Source: Vicugna vicugna
Lineage: Eukaryota
Direction: 5' to 3'
Assembly (NCBI GenBank): GCA_013265495.1
Contig: MU058714.1
Location: 744,001-808,000, forward strand
DNA length: 64,000 bases
Part shown: piece after piece, positions 1-12,200 of the stretch
How the letters are laid out: each line of letters opens with the position of its first letter
Position numbering within the stretch: position 1 is the stretch's first letter
Translations under genes and position numbers: made by a program
Notes under the pieces: generated by a model
The model's database searches: none
Told to the model about the DNA's origin: nothing
Seen by the model: only the letters and a program-made list of their open reading frames with translations

Positions 1-71
1 ACAGGGAAGACACACCCTCTGTGTGTGCATGTGATTTGTGTACATGCAGTGAAAGCTTGTTTTCATCCCAG

Positions 72-278
72 GTTCTGCAGATGGCTCTGTGGTCCTGCAT
101 CTATCAGCTGCAAGCAGGAAGGCCAGAGGAAGAGGTCTCCTTGCCATCTGTGCACCTCGCCTACCAGCACTTCAGGGGCCGGCTCCAGAACTTCTCCAGG
201 ATCCTGACTATCCATCCCCCGGTCTTACCCAGCCTAGCAGGAGCCACACAGAACCACAGCTGGGCTGCACGTGAGATG
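72..278 (+). CDS. RNF213: RNF213 exon (VLQMALW...AAREM)
   Basis: cccag|GTT ... ATG|gtacgg; 207 nt. Confidence 0.88.
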
Positions 279-3200
279 GTACGGTCCCTGCAGGCCAGCC
301 TGGCTTCCTCATGCTCCCGTGGCCACCCTGGGAAGGGGGTGCTGGTGGGCCACGTTCCAAATGGGAGACATCTTCACGGGGCATTCATGTCAGTGTGGCT
401 CAGAGGTTAGAAGGCATCGAACTCGAGCTGCCCAGATCCTAAGACAGAAGGAAGCTGCAAGCCTGGGACACAGGGACACACTGGGCCAACAGCCAGGGCG
501 TCCGACTTAGTGTGCAGGGGACGGGCTGCTCGGTCACAGGCCTGTTGCCTGTCCCCCAGGGTCTTGACGTGTTGGCGGCAGTGGCCTGTGCTGAAATGCT
601 GACCAAAGACCTGCTGAAGCCCAGTCCCCAGGCATGGCTGCAGAAGGTGAAGGACCTGTCCATGCCGCTGGAGCTGCTCTGCTCAGACGGGTACACCCAG
701 GGCAGTGGGATGGTGAGCAGAGGCCTCATCCAGGAAGTCAGGTGAGACCCGGGAGCCGTGGGCACACGCGAGAGAAAGAGCAGATACTTCTGCCACGAGA
801 AGGAGGACTTTCCTTGTTCACTGTTTAATGCCTGCTGAACCGTTATTAAGTGCCAGGCATCGTGTCGACCCTAGAGACGCAGGGAAGAACCTGCATTCAG
901 GGAGCGATGGGCGTAGTAGATGTGAGCAGATTGTCATCATCCCGGGGGAGAGAGGCTGCACGGAAAGGGGCAGCTGCAGAGGCCCCCAGCAGGACAGCAG
1001 GGCAGGCCGGGTGGCGAAGGGGGGCAGACAGTCAGGGCCGACTTCCGGGCGTCACGTGCTGTGCTGGCCTTTAAGGGTGAGGTGGGACTCGCCGGACACA
1101 GGGGACTGAACCAGCACAGGTGGAGGCGCAGAGCGTGAGACTCCGAGGAGTGTCCAGGCTGAGTCCAGAGAGAAGGCTGGAGAGAGGCAGAACGGGGTGG
1201 GGGCCCGAGAGCACATCACAGAGGCCTTCGACCAGTCCTTTGCCCCACCTCCACCCCCGGTCCTTTTCTTACCTATCAGCTCCTACGCCTTGGAGCTGCC
1301 TCTCTGCCCACCTGTTTCTGTCTCAGGCCCTTTTGTCAGAGCTGAGCGAGGGACCCCCTCTCTTGACAGAACCCACTGGAGTCGCATTTTCTCTGTCGCA
1401 CTTTTTGTGGAGCACGTGCTTCTGGGGACTGAGAGCCAGGTTCCCGAGCTGTGCGAGCTGGTGACCGAGTACGTCTTCTTGCTGAACAAGGTGAGTCTGC
1501 AGGCTTGGCCCGGCAGGTGCGGATCTGCCTCTTTGCGAGTCGGGGGACGGCTGAAGCGTGGCCTGACTTTAATCTGCGGGGTGGTACAATCCCTTTCTGC
1601 TCTGACGGTTTTCTCTGGAAGTGCAAAGGAAAGTGATTTCATCACACAGGCTGTTCAGGTTTCAGTGCTTAATGTTTTAATTTTTACCCTCTCTGAGTGC
1701 TAAGTCAGGGCATATCATTTAAGGTTCCTTGCAGGATAGGAACTATTCATGCAGAAAGCACACTTGGGAAACCTTCGGGAGGACCGAAAGGTGGGCTCCA
1801 GCCTGGTCTCCAGTGCCCCAGACCCGCTCAGCAGCCTGGCTGCCCAGGGGAGCTGTCTGCCACGGTCAGGAAGACAGGGTGCAGAAGGCCACTGGGCTTG
1901 CAGACTTCACACAGTGCTGTCTGTGGGGCCCGGGGGCAGGAAGCCCATGCCTCTGCCCCCGCGACACCTTTATAAAGTGGTGATGCCCAGGACAGTGTCC
2001 TTGCAGAAAAGGTGACCATCCTTTCAGCATCAGTGGCCACTCGGGTAAGACAGCCTCAGTGCGTTTGGACTGGGAGCCGCGCATGAGCACGGCCGGTGGC
2101 TTGGCTCTGCAGCCTTTGAAGCGTCTCTCTGTGCCTGGCTTACTTCGCGTGGCTTCCTGTCCCCAGGGTTCATCTACGTGGTGGCAGGTGTCAGGCTGTC
2201 CTTCCTTCCTGAGGCTAGGATTCCGTTGCAAGGATGGAGCCCATGCTCTTTTTCTGTTCATCTGTTGATGGACATTTGGGTCGTTTCCACTTTCTGGCGA
2301 TTGTGAGCAGTGCTGCTGTGAACCTGGGTTTACAGATATCTGTCTGAGCTGCTGCTTTTCATTCTTTGGGGTGTACACCTAGGAACGAGATTGCTGGATC
2401 GCATGCAATTACACGTTTGACATTTTGAGCAATCACCGTACTGTTTCCACAGCAGCTACATCACTGACATCCCCACCAGCAGTGTGCCAGGGTCCAGTTT
2501 CCCCACATCCCTGCCAACGCTTGTTATTTTCCGTTTTTTCACTTTTTTTTTTCGGTTCGTGGAAGGCCTGGGGATTGAACCCAGGACCTTGTGCATGCTA
2601 GGCACACACTCTAACCCTGAGCTATGCCCTCCCCCTCCGTTTTTCAAAGTAATAGCCCTCCTAATGGGTGTGAGGTGGTCTCTCCCTGTGGTCCTGGTTT
2701 GCATTTCCCTATTGGCTAGTGATGTTGAGCATTTTTTCACATGCTCACTGCCCATTTGCATATCTCCTTTAGAAAAAGTCTGCTGAAGTCCTTTGCCCGT
2801 TCTTGAATCTGTTGATTAACAGACCAAACTTAGCAAGGTATTAAGAACACGCATATCATTTCCAAGTAGGATTAATCTTGGGATTCAAGGATAGCTCAAA
2901 AACCATAAATCCATGACCGTCATCAGTTACGTAACAAATCAAAAGACAAACTGCAAATGAGTATTTCCAAAGCATTTGATAAAGTGTATAATTTGGGAGG
3001 CGGAAATGGTACTCTTGCCAAGTTGGGAATAAGAAAGACCTCACTTCGGCTGATAATGCCCAAGGGCTTGAGAACATCTACAGCAAACACGCCTGAGCAG
3101 AAAATTCTAAGCACGCTTGTTAAACCCACTGTCTTGCATCATTAAAGACGTGCGTTTCTTAAAAAATAGTGTTTCCACGTCTAAATACAGACCTAGAGCG

Positions 3201-6200
3201 TTTTCGCGCTTGTACTCAGACCATGGGAGTGCAGAGGTGTTCATAACTGCAAGAAATCAGGAACATTCTAAACGCTCGTTAACGGGAAGCAGGTGACCAG
3301 TACATTCGTCCGCAAGGACGGTACAGCAGTTAACACGGATGGTCTGAGCCTGCTTGCATCGAAGAAGAAAGCAAGTTGCAGAAGTTCAGGTGGGGTGCGG
3401 TACCCGTGATACAAAGTTTCCGGTGTTCAGAACAGCAGGACTTCCCCGCAGGCCTGCAAGCACAGCGGAAGTAGGGATCTCAGCACGTGGTTCTCTGGGC
3501 AGGGGGCGAAGTGTGAGCAGAGAGGGTCACGTGCTTGGAGCTGAAACTGTACCTGTAATGTTTTGTTTCTTTAAAAGATAATAAAGCAAATGTTCAAAAA
3601 ATGTTGAGATTACGTAAAGCTTGGTGAGTATATAGACGGTCATTATGTTACCACTTAAAGTTTGAAATATCTCCTAATGGGAGGAGGTGTGGGGAGTGGG
3701 CCTTAAAAGAAAAAGAGGAGGGGGAGAAAGATGAGAATGTCAGGCTTCTCCCCAAAAGAGCAGCATCACAAAGGGCATTCAGAGTTAAACTGCCAGACAA
3801 ACAGAACAGCCCTGCAAACAGGCGGCAGGGTCCCAGCCCCCAGCCCCAGCCCGGGCAGAGGGGGGCCTGCGTTGCCTGGCTGACCCCTGCCCCCCCCGCA
3901 CTGCCTTTCTCCTTCAGTGTCTGCAAGAGGACTCTGACCTCAAGACCCGCAAGCCTTTTGTCGCAGTGATGACCACTCTTTGTAAATGCAAGGAGCAGGC
4001 CAGCAAGAGCTTCACCCGGTGAGGTCTTGGGTTTGGGCTCCACAAGGGAGCAGGCTTGGAACCTGTGGTGCTTTTTGTTTTCTCACGGCTTCTCCGCTTC
4101 AGAACCCGTCACCCTTCTTGGCTTCTAGGTTTGGGGTTCAGCCGTGCCCTGTCTGCCTGGGAGACGCGCAGGACCCTGCCTGCCTGCCCTGTGACCATGT
4201 ATTCTGCCTGCGTTGCATCAAAACCCAGCTCATCATGGGGCAGATGAGGTGCCCGTTTTGTTTAACGGACTTGCCGGACGACTTCTCTCTAAGGGTTTCC
4301 GAAGAGCACAGGTGAAACATTCTTTGTCTTGCGGAGGCTTCCTCTTTTTAATTCCTCTTCTGTAAATACGGCGTTCAGAGATAAAACTATTAACCTTAGA
4401 AATCCCGATAGCAGAGACGTTAAGACAGACAACTGCTTGGGCGCGGAGGGTCTGGCTCAGTGGTAGAGCGCATGCCTGGCCCGCGCGAGGTCCTGGGTTC
4501 AACTCCATTAAAATAAATAAATAAATAAACAAACAAACCTAATTACTCCCCCAAAAAATGTTTTTAAAAAAGAAGAAAGACTGCTTAGATACCTTCATAA
4601 GCACCTCGTGTCTCAACATGATCCTCTTTCCAAGATGAACGTGCAATACAGATTAGAGAGACTAAAAAAATTAGAGGAAATAAAGCAGAAAGTCATAAAT
4701 TAGATGCAGCCATCACAAGAGACCCGTGGAATTTAGAGGCGACTGGTTTATCCTCTTGACGTGTAAACGCCAGTCACGGCCTGTGACCCGAGGAGAACGC
4801 GGGCTCTCGTCAGGCCGAGTGCTTTCAGAGCAGTCACTAAAGCCAGCTTCCGTGGCTGGTCTTCCTCCCCGTTTTGCCCCCTTCTGGTGCCTCTGGAAAG
4901 TGGGGTGCAGGGCAGGCCCAGTGGGTGGGATCTTTGAGAAACTCTGAGGATACGAAAGTTATCGCTGGCTGATCCAAATGACCAAAGTGCTCCTAGAAGG
5001 AGCAGAGCGTGCAGACTGTCTGTTGCACTTTTGAGACCAGGTCTCATTGATGTAAGGGGATACATGCATCTTTTTATTAAAAAAAAGAAGAAGAAGAAGG
5101 AAAGAAATGCTGTCCAGATCCCAACAGCACTCTGTGGGGAGGGGTTCTGGAAACACGTCCCGTGAGCCTCCTGACCATGGTTTCCAACGTTCCCCAGGGA
5201 GGTTGTCTGGAAACATGCCCGCTTCCGGCAGATGTGCAATAGTTTCTTCGTAGACCTGGTCTCCACCATGTGCTTCAGAGACAACTGTCCGCCGCAGAAG
5301 GACGTGGTCGATGTGCTGCTGTCTTTACTTTTCGTAAAGAAAGAGCTCTTACGAGATTCCTTCCCAAGTGAGTGGCCTCCTTCCTCTAGACCTAAAAGTT
5401 CAGCTCCTCTCACGTCTGTGTGTTGGACGAGAATGCCGATCTGCCTTTCTCCTTCTGGATAAGGACACCGGGAACACACGAAGTCTCTCTCTCCTTTTGA
5501 TGACGTTGTGGACAAGACCCCCGTCGTCCGCTCCGTGGTGCTGAAGCTGCTCTTGAAGTACAGGTGAGCACGGCGGGGGGGGGGGTCCGCCGCCGAGAAG
5601 CCTTGGCTTCTTGTTTTCTCCTTGTGGCTTCTTCTCTGCTGCCAGGCGTTCTTGCCCTCCTTGCCTAGGTTTGTCTAAGTTTTGCTCCAGCCCCTAAGTT
5701 TCCCTGATTCTGTAAATGGACAGAGAAGCCCATGGGGTGCCTAAGCTCAGTGGTCTCATCAAATTACACTGTCTCAAAAGTCTTTGAAAGCTGATCTGTA
5801 TTCAGAAGGCTTCCTTCGGAAGACGTTCAGTACCCTCAGCCTGTACCCTCTGACTTGACCGAGGACACGTTGAGGTGATGCTGCAAGAAAAGTTCTAACA
5901 GAAACACTATTTCTAGCTTCAGTGTCCAAAATCCGACTCAGAATAGAGTAAAGATTCACATTTAAAGTGTGGATCTGCTGCATTTTATTTTGCTGCTTTT
6001 TCTTTATTACTTGTGAAATAGTCTTTTCAAACAGGATTCCTGGAGGACTTCCAAATAAAATGCTCTTAAAATACGTTTTATTACAGAACTAGTATCTTAC
6101 TATGCCTAAAAACGGCTCTGAAGGCATATGTGTAAAGCATTAACTTGAGATGTGAAAAGAGCTTCTTTTGCTGTTATGTGATTTTTATTAATTTTGGTAA

Positions 6201-9200
6201 ATGTGGGAAAGCTGTAGCCATGTGAACACCTTTGCTTAGAGAAAGGGAAAAGCATCGTCAACACGCATACTCTTGACATGAGGTACAGACGTGTTAACAC
6301 GAGTACAGACTACACTCACGGGTTAATGCTTTACTCTGCCCAGAAGTGGGGCTACTGGACCATATAGAAAATCTACTTTTAGTTTAGTACAAATGAGCTT
6401 ACTTACAGAACAGAAGAAGACCCACAGACATAGAAAGCAATCTTGTGGTTACTAAAGGGGAAGGGGGGGTAAATTAGGAGTTTAGGGTTAGCAGACACAC
6501 ACTACTATGTATAAAATAGATAAACGGCAGGGACCTACTGCATATGACAGGGAACTAGATATAATGACTTGTAATAAACTATAATGGGAAAGGATTTTTA
6601 GAAGCATATAAGTATATATATGCTTTATTCTGAAATATTTAGAAAGTAAAATTTACGGAACTGGTTTTAAAACAAAAATCTTGAGACATAAACCACCGTT
6701 TGTGGAGGAGGGTGCCGCTCAGTGATGGAGCATGCGCTTAGCATGCACAGGGTCCTGGGTTCAGCCCCTGGTACTTCTGTTAATAAATGAAAATAAATAA
6801 ACCTAATTACCTCCCCCACAAAAAAAACAAAACCAAAACAAAAACACAGTTTAAAAATCTGCATTGTCGTTCTCTGGGTTGAAAAGTACTTGCTTTTGTC
6901 ATTCCTTTTGTACTTCGAGTATTTTTGTGTGTATTAAGAACTAGTTGTGTGGATCTAGACGTACTTTGTAGAAATGGAGGCGTCTGCTCCCTGGGCTGAC
7001 TCGAGTGGGACGACACGGACGAGACCACACATCATGCTGAGATATTCCCCACCTGTTTCAGCGTGTTGATGTTTGCACTGATGTTACTAAAGGAGTGGTG
7101 GGTAACGATGCTAGCATCTTAGGCAAACAGCTGATCTGATGTGTAGCTCCTCCAAGGTGGAGCTAGAATATTCTTCATGCAGTCGTGTTGCAGACTACAT
7201 GTGCACATGCATGCATGTTTGTGTGTGTGCAGGACGAGATGGGGAGGGTGGTAGCAGGCAGAGAGAGAGCCTTCTGTTTTTTTTTCTTTTGGCAAAACGG
7301 GTTTCCAGACCTGAGCTAACCAGGTACTGTATTTCTCTTTCCATAGCTTCTGTGACGTGAAAGATTATATTCAGACATACTTGTCCCAGTTAGAAAAGAA
7401 GCCGTTCCTGGCCGAGGACAAAACTGAACTGTACGTTCTCTTTAGCAGCTGTCTGGAGGTAAGCTGCCTGCCGCCTCCCTGCATTTCTTTTGCAGACTCT
7501 CTGAACCACATGGTTTACGCCATGGAATGGTGTCTTCCTGAAAATTTACAGACTGTAGTTTAGCTGGTAAAATGAGCAGAGGCTCTGCTCCAGGCAGGGG
7601 GTGGAAAAAGCTTCAAAGCTACTCTGCCCTCAGCAGTTGTCTGAGTTAGCATTTATGTGCATGCGCACGAGGGGAAAAAAGGCCTCAAAGAATGTGCCCC
7701 AGGCCTACAGCGCCCGGCTCCCGGTGGTGAGACTGCGCATGCTTTTAATTGTTATTCTCATCCTATTTTTGTTACTTCCAAAAATCTTACGATGCATATG
7801 AAAAAAAATGGATTCTATAAAACTTCTTCCTTGCAGCTCTTATTTTCCTCCTCTCCTTCTTGCCCCTAAAATAAAAAGGGCTGTTAGTTTTCCATGATTC
7901 AGAAAATGTACACTCAGACCTGAAACACTGCTGCTGAGCCTTGCTCGCCCTCCACGGTCCCACTGCGGAGACTGTGGAAGGTGGGGGCGCGCACGTTAGG
8001 AGGAGTGCTGTTCTGTCTTTCCGGCTCTTCGCTCCCTAGGACTCCATGCGTGAGAAGATTAACGCCTCCTCCGTGGAGGGGGAGCTGAAACACCTAAGAG
8101 AGGAAGGCCAGTTCCTTAGGGCGTGCTCGCTGGCGCGGCGCGGCCCCGAGGCCTCGGTGGAGCTCCTGCAGGAGGTGGCCCACGTCCGCCTCTGCCTCGA
8201 CGCAGCGTCCGACATCCTCTCAGAGCTTCGGGACGGCTCAGGCAAGTCCTCCCAGCCTTTCCTGACCTCGGGCGGGGAGCCCCCATGATGTAGACGCTCG
8301 GGAAGCATGGGAAGCTGCTACTCAGAAAAGTGCTGGTCTGCACCACGCCCCCTCCGAGATTGGTTCTCTGACCGTGAGCACCCTTAGGGCAGCCCCCTTC
8401 CGGGACCGCGGACGAGCGAGCGCTGCCAGCCATCGTCGCCCTCTCCCCTTGGCTCTGCAGAGATCTTGGCGGAGAAGCAGCACTTCCTGCGGCAGGTCGA
8501 GCACTTCTGCGCCCGGGTCCACAACGACTGGCTCCGAGTGTACCTGGTGAGGAAGCTCACCAGCCAGCAGGGCATGGAGTTTGTGCAGCGCCTCTCCGGG
8601 CAGGGCCACCCGGCCCACTGGGTGTTTCCCAGGGAGGTCATCGAACAGCAGGTGAGACGCTTGGCCCAGGCAGCCCGGGCGCTGACCGGCTCCATGGCTC
8701 ACACCACCCACCCCCCGGAGCCAGCTGCTCTGTCCTGGCCGTCCCCACGTGCACCCAGGAAAGTGCGCGCGTCTGGTCTGGCCTGGTCCTTCGTCTCTGA
8801 GCTTCAGTTAAGGGACCCCGCCTGTGACCCCACTTAGACCACCTGCCCGGGGAAAGACGTGCGTGTGTGTGTCTTTCCGTTTGGTCTTGGACCTGCAAAG
8901 CTTCTGATCGCATTCGACACAGGGAAAGCAGAAGAACGGTTCTGTGGCTTTTGCTCTCAGCAAATTAAATAAAAGCCATTCCGCTGGCCGAATGACCCTT
9001 TTTTATCCTCAGCAGCAGAGACAGGAAAGAAGGACTAAGGATGACAGAGCTGCGGTCATTTTGGCCTCATTGCTGCTCAGTGGTCCTTCCCTGGTGCTCA
9101 GAAGTGAAGGAAATCTTACCGTCCTGGGGTTACAAAAACGGCACTAAAAGTCCTGGCTTTTCCCTGCATCTGGAGCTTAGGGCTGGTGCGCTGAAGTCCC

Positions 9201-12200
9201 CTGGCCTCTGGTGCTCTGCTCTGAGGCCAGAAGCGAAGCAGCTGCAAGGTTAGGCAGCTCCTTCCTCCTCCAGGTTTTCCCCACCCTCCCCTCTTCATCC
9301 AGCAAGGAGCGAACGCTTCTCAAACACGTGCCTCACGCCGGGCCAGGAATCCCCGTTCAGCTGCCTTCAGACCCCTAAGAATTACCTGGTTGTCATTAGA
9401 GAGTTTTCTGTACCTGTCAAGAAGCTCTTTGCTAAGCAGTGACCATTGTGATTCGCCCCTGTGTTCCTGGGGTTGCAGAAGGATCACCCAAGCCAGGTGG
9501 ACCGGTACCTGGTGCACGGCGAAGACTACAAGGCTCTTCGTGACGCAGTGGGCAAAGCCTTCCTCGAGAGCAAGCCCCTGGCTGTGGAGACCGCTCTGGA
9601 GGTAGGATGGGCTGGCGGTGTCTCTCCCCACAGTGGCCCCTCAGAGCCTGTGTCCTGTCTGGCTGCTGTCAAGTGATGCAGCGGACGGGGCCCCGTGACT
9701 GACACGCTGCGTTGGGAGTCCTGTGCCCGGGGCTGGCGGGCTCACCGGGCAAACAGAGCAGCAGCAGTCGACTCCGGTTACTGGCCCACCGAGGCCACCA
9801 GCCGCTCCCTCCTGACTTGTCTATGTCTGCTGCCTCCTTTGAGACCCTGCTGAAAAACCGCTTCCTCCACGATCTCCCTGCTGTGAGACGTGCTGGCCCA
9901 GAAGACGAAATTCGCACCTGTGTAGATTCTAATTCCCTGTGGACTTAGGCGTGTGTTTATCGTAACAAAGACGCAGGGCTTTAGAATCCCATCTCTTCCG
10001 TTGTTCTGACCTTGTCTCCTCTGTGAGTCCTTGTTTGCCCTGGCACTTTGCCGGGAGAAGAGGACGTTAATGTCTTGCCTCCGCTCAGGGGAGGTCCCCA
10101 GAACCAGTGACGTGGTCAGAAAGAGAGCAGGTGGTGGTCTCTTACTTCTGTCGTAAGCTATCTGATGCATGTGAGTCGGGTTTAATATGAGAATGTTTAT
10201 GAACAGCTGTTTGCCAGAAGAGGCCCTGGAGGTGCAGGTCCCGGGTGTCCGGGGCCTTGGGGAGGGCTCCCTCACCCTCCACGGCCTGAGGGCTGAGCTC
10301 CGTCCACAGTCACCTGCAAAGCACAGGGACTCTGGCCCTGAGCTGGGTCTGCGTGATTTGTAAGTCTCGCCGGCTGTCCTTGCTTTTCCAGGCCTGCAGG
10401 ACCTCCACACCGCAGCGGGCCGTGCACTTGCTGTTAGCGCTTTTTAGAGAGGTCACGACTTTGTACAGATCCCGAAATCCGAACCTCCATCCTAAGCCAC
10501 AGGTGAGTTTCAACCTTCGGGGCTGTGTTCATGGTCTCATTATTTGAAGGGACTTTTTTTTTTTTACACTTCAGTGACTTTTAAAGAAAATACACAAAGT
10601 TGCACAAAATCACCACAGTCCAGTTTCAGGGTATCTCCGTCATTTCAAGGCCATTTGCAGTCAGTCACTCCTTCCCACCTTTAGCCCCAGGCAGGGACTT
10701 TTTTGAATAGAAGTGAAAATCACAGACATAAATTTTGCCTGTAATTCTTTACATCTGGGATGGGGGTTCTCAGCCTTCTTAAGTGGAGGAACTCTGTTTC
10801 ACCCAGAACTTTGAGAAGTACTTAAAGACCTTAAAACTGAGGTCAAGAACGTAAGAGAATGTTTACCCAGGAAGGGAGGCTGCAGCCCAGAGGTGGAGCC
10901 CGGGCCTGGCAGGCACGAGGGCCTGTGTTCAGTGCCTACTGCTCCCTCTAGACATTAATACATAAATAAATCTACATCCCCCAAAATTAAATACATACAT
11001 AAAAATGTTTAAAAAGATAATGTTTCCCAAAATAGAATGATCAAAATTAGTGCTTGGGTATGTGTGGTTTCTGGGTCTGTAGGGGAGAGTTCTCTGGATG
11101 AGTTCCCTGCAAACGGTGATCAATTAACCATTTTAACCTTGATACGTGATAGGTATTTGGTGTCAAAATGTATGACTAACTCAAGAGCAAACCTTTGCTT
11201 TTCTTTTGATAGTCACATAGTGTTCTTCTCTGATGTATTTTAATGTGAAAAACCCTTCTTCCTGCCAGCAATGTGAGGCTGTGAACAAAGTCATCGAGGA
11301 GAGCAAGGCCCTGCCTCCTGACGTCAGACGGTTTGCAACGCTGCTCGTGACCAATGGTCTGCCCCTGCTGAGGACAGGTCCCTGGGACAGCAGCCTGGAA
11401 GGGACGGTGACAGAAATGGCTATTCATGTTGCAGTCATCCTTCTTTGTGGACACAACAGAGTGTTGGAACCCCTGAAGAACCTGGCCTTCTCCCCAGAAA
11501 ACATGGCGGTAAGACTGGGCTAAGGTTGCATCCACGTTCGCAGGAAACGCTTTAGAGACCCAGCGGGCACCTTGCAAACTGTTAAACCTGTGTATCTCCT
11601 AGACCCTCCGTCCGCCTGTCTCACTCGACCCTTTAGTCCACAGCAATGGTGAGCGGCTTGCCTTGTCCTTTGTTACTTTGTAGAGAGCTGTTCCGTGTTC
11701 TCCACAGAGAGATTTTGAGGTGAAGATGAAAGAAACTCAAGGTCCCCTTAGTCGACGCCCCTTGTTGAGCAGGGACACCCAGTCGACATGCTCACTTGGC
11801 TACAGCCAGCTCTGCTGTTTTTGGCTTTTCAGAATGCCTTTCTTCCAGCGATGCCGGAAGACTTGCTGGCTCAAGCTAAGAATTGGATCCGGCAGGAAGG
11901 AGTCCACTGGTACAGTAAGTGTTGCTCTGAGGTGGAACCCCACTCCTCTGGGCTTTGAGGGCACCACAGGAGACGCTGTCTCGGGCCGCCCCCTCCTGCC
12001 CTGGGTGCCTTTGCAGGAGGCGAACGGCTCGCAGGAGCCGCTGCTCTGCTGACTGTGGACGAGCCATGTCGTTTCTGTTCTTGGTCACAGGAAAGGGTCC
12101 TGCAGGATGCACTTCTGTCCCTGGAACATGCCATCGGGGGAGAAGGGGGCTCTAGTGACCACAGCAGGAGCTCAGTCTAGGGCCAGCTTGCAAGACAGCA

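Noticed and set aside
4439..4505. tRNA-like A/B boxes (also at 6704, 14380, 17286 and 24904)
   Set aside because: Followed by SINE tails and TSDs, with no intact cloverleaf; these are SINEs, not tRNA genes
4748..5515. 255-aa minus-strand ORF (also 18515..19237 and 20773..21513)
   Set aside because: Antisense shadows of RNF213 exons with no independent coding signal
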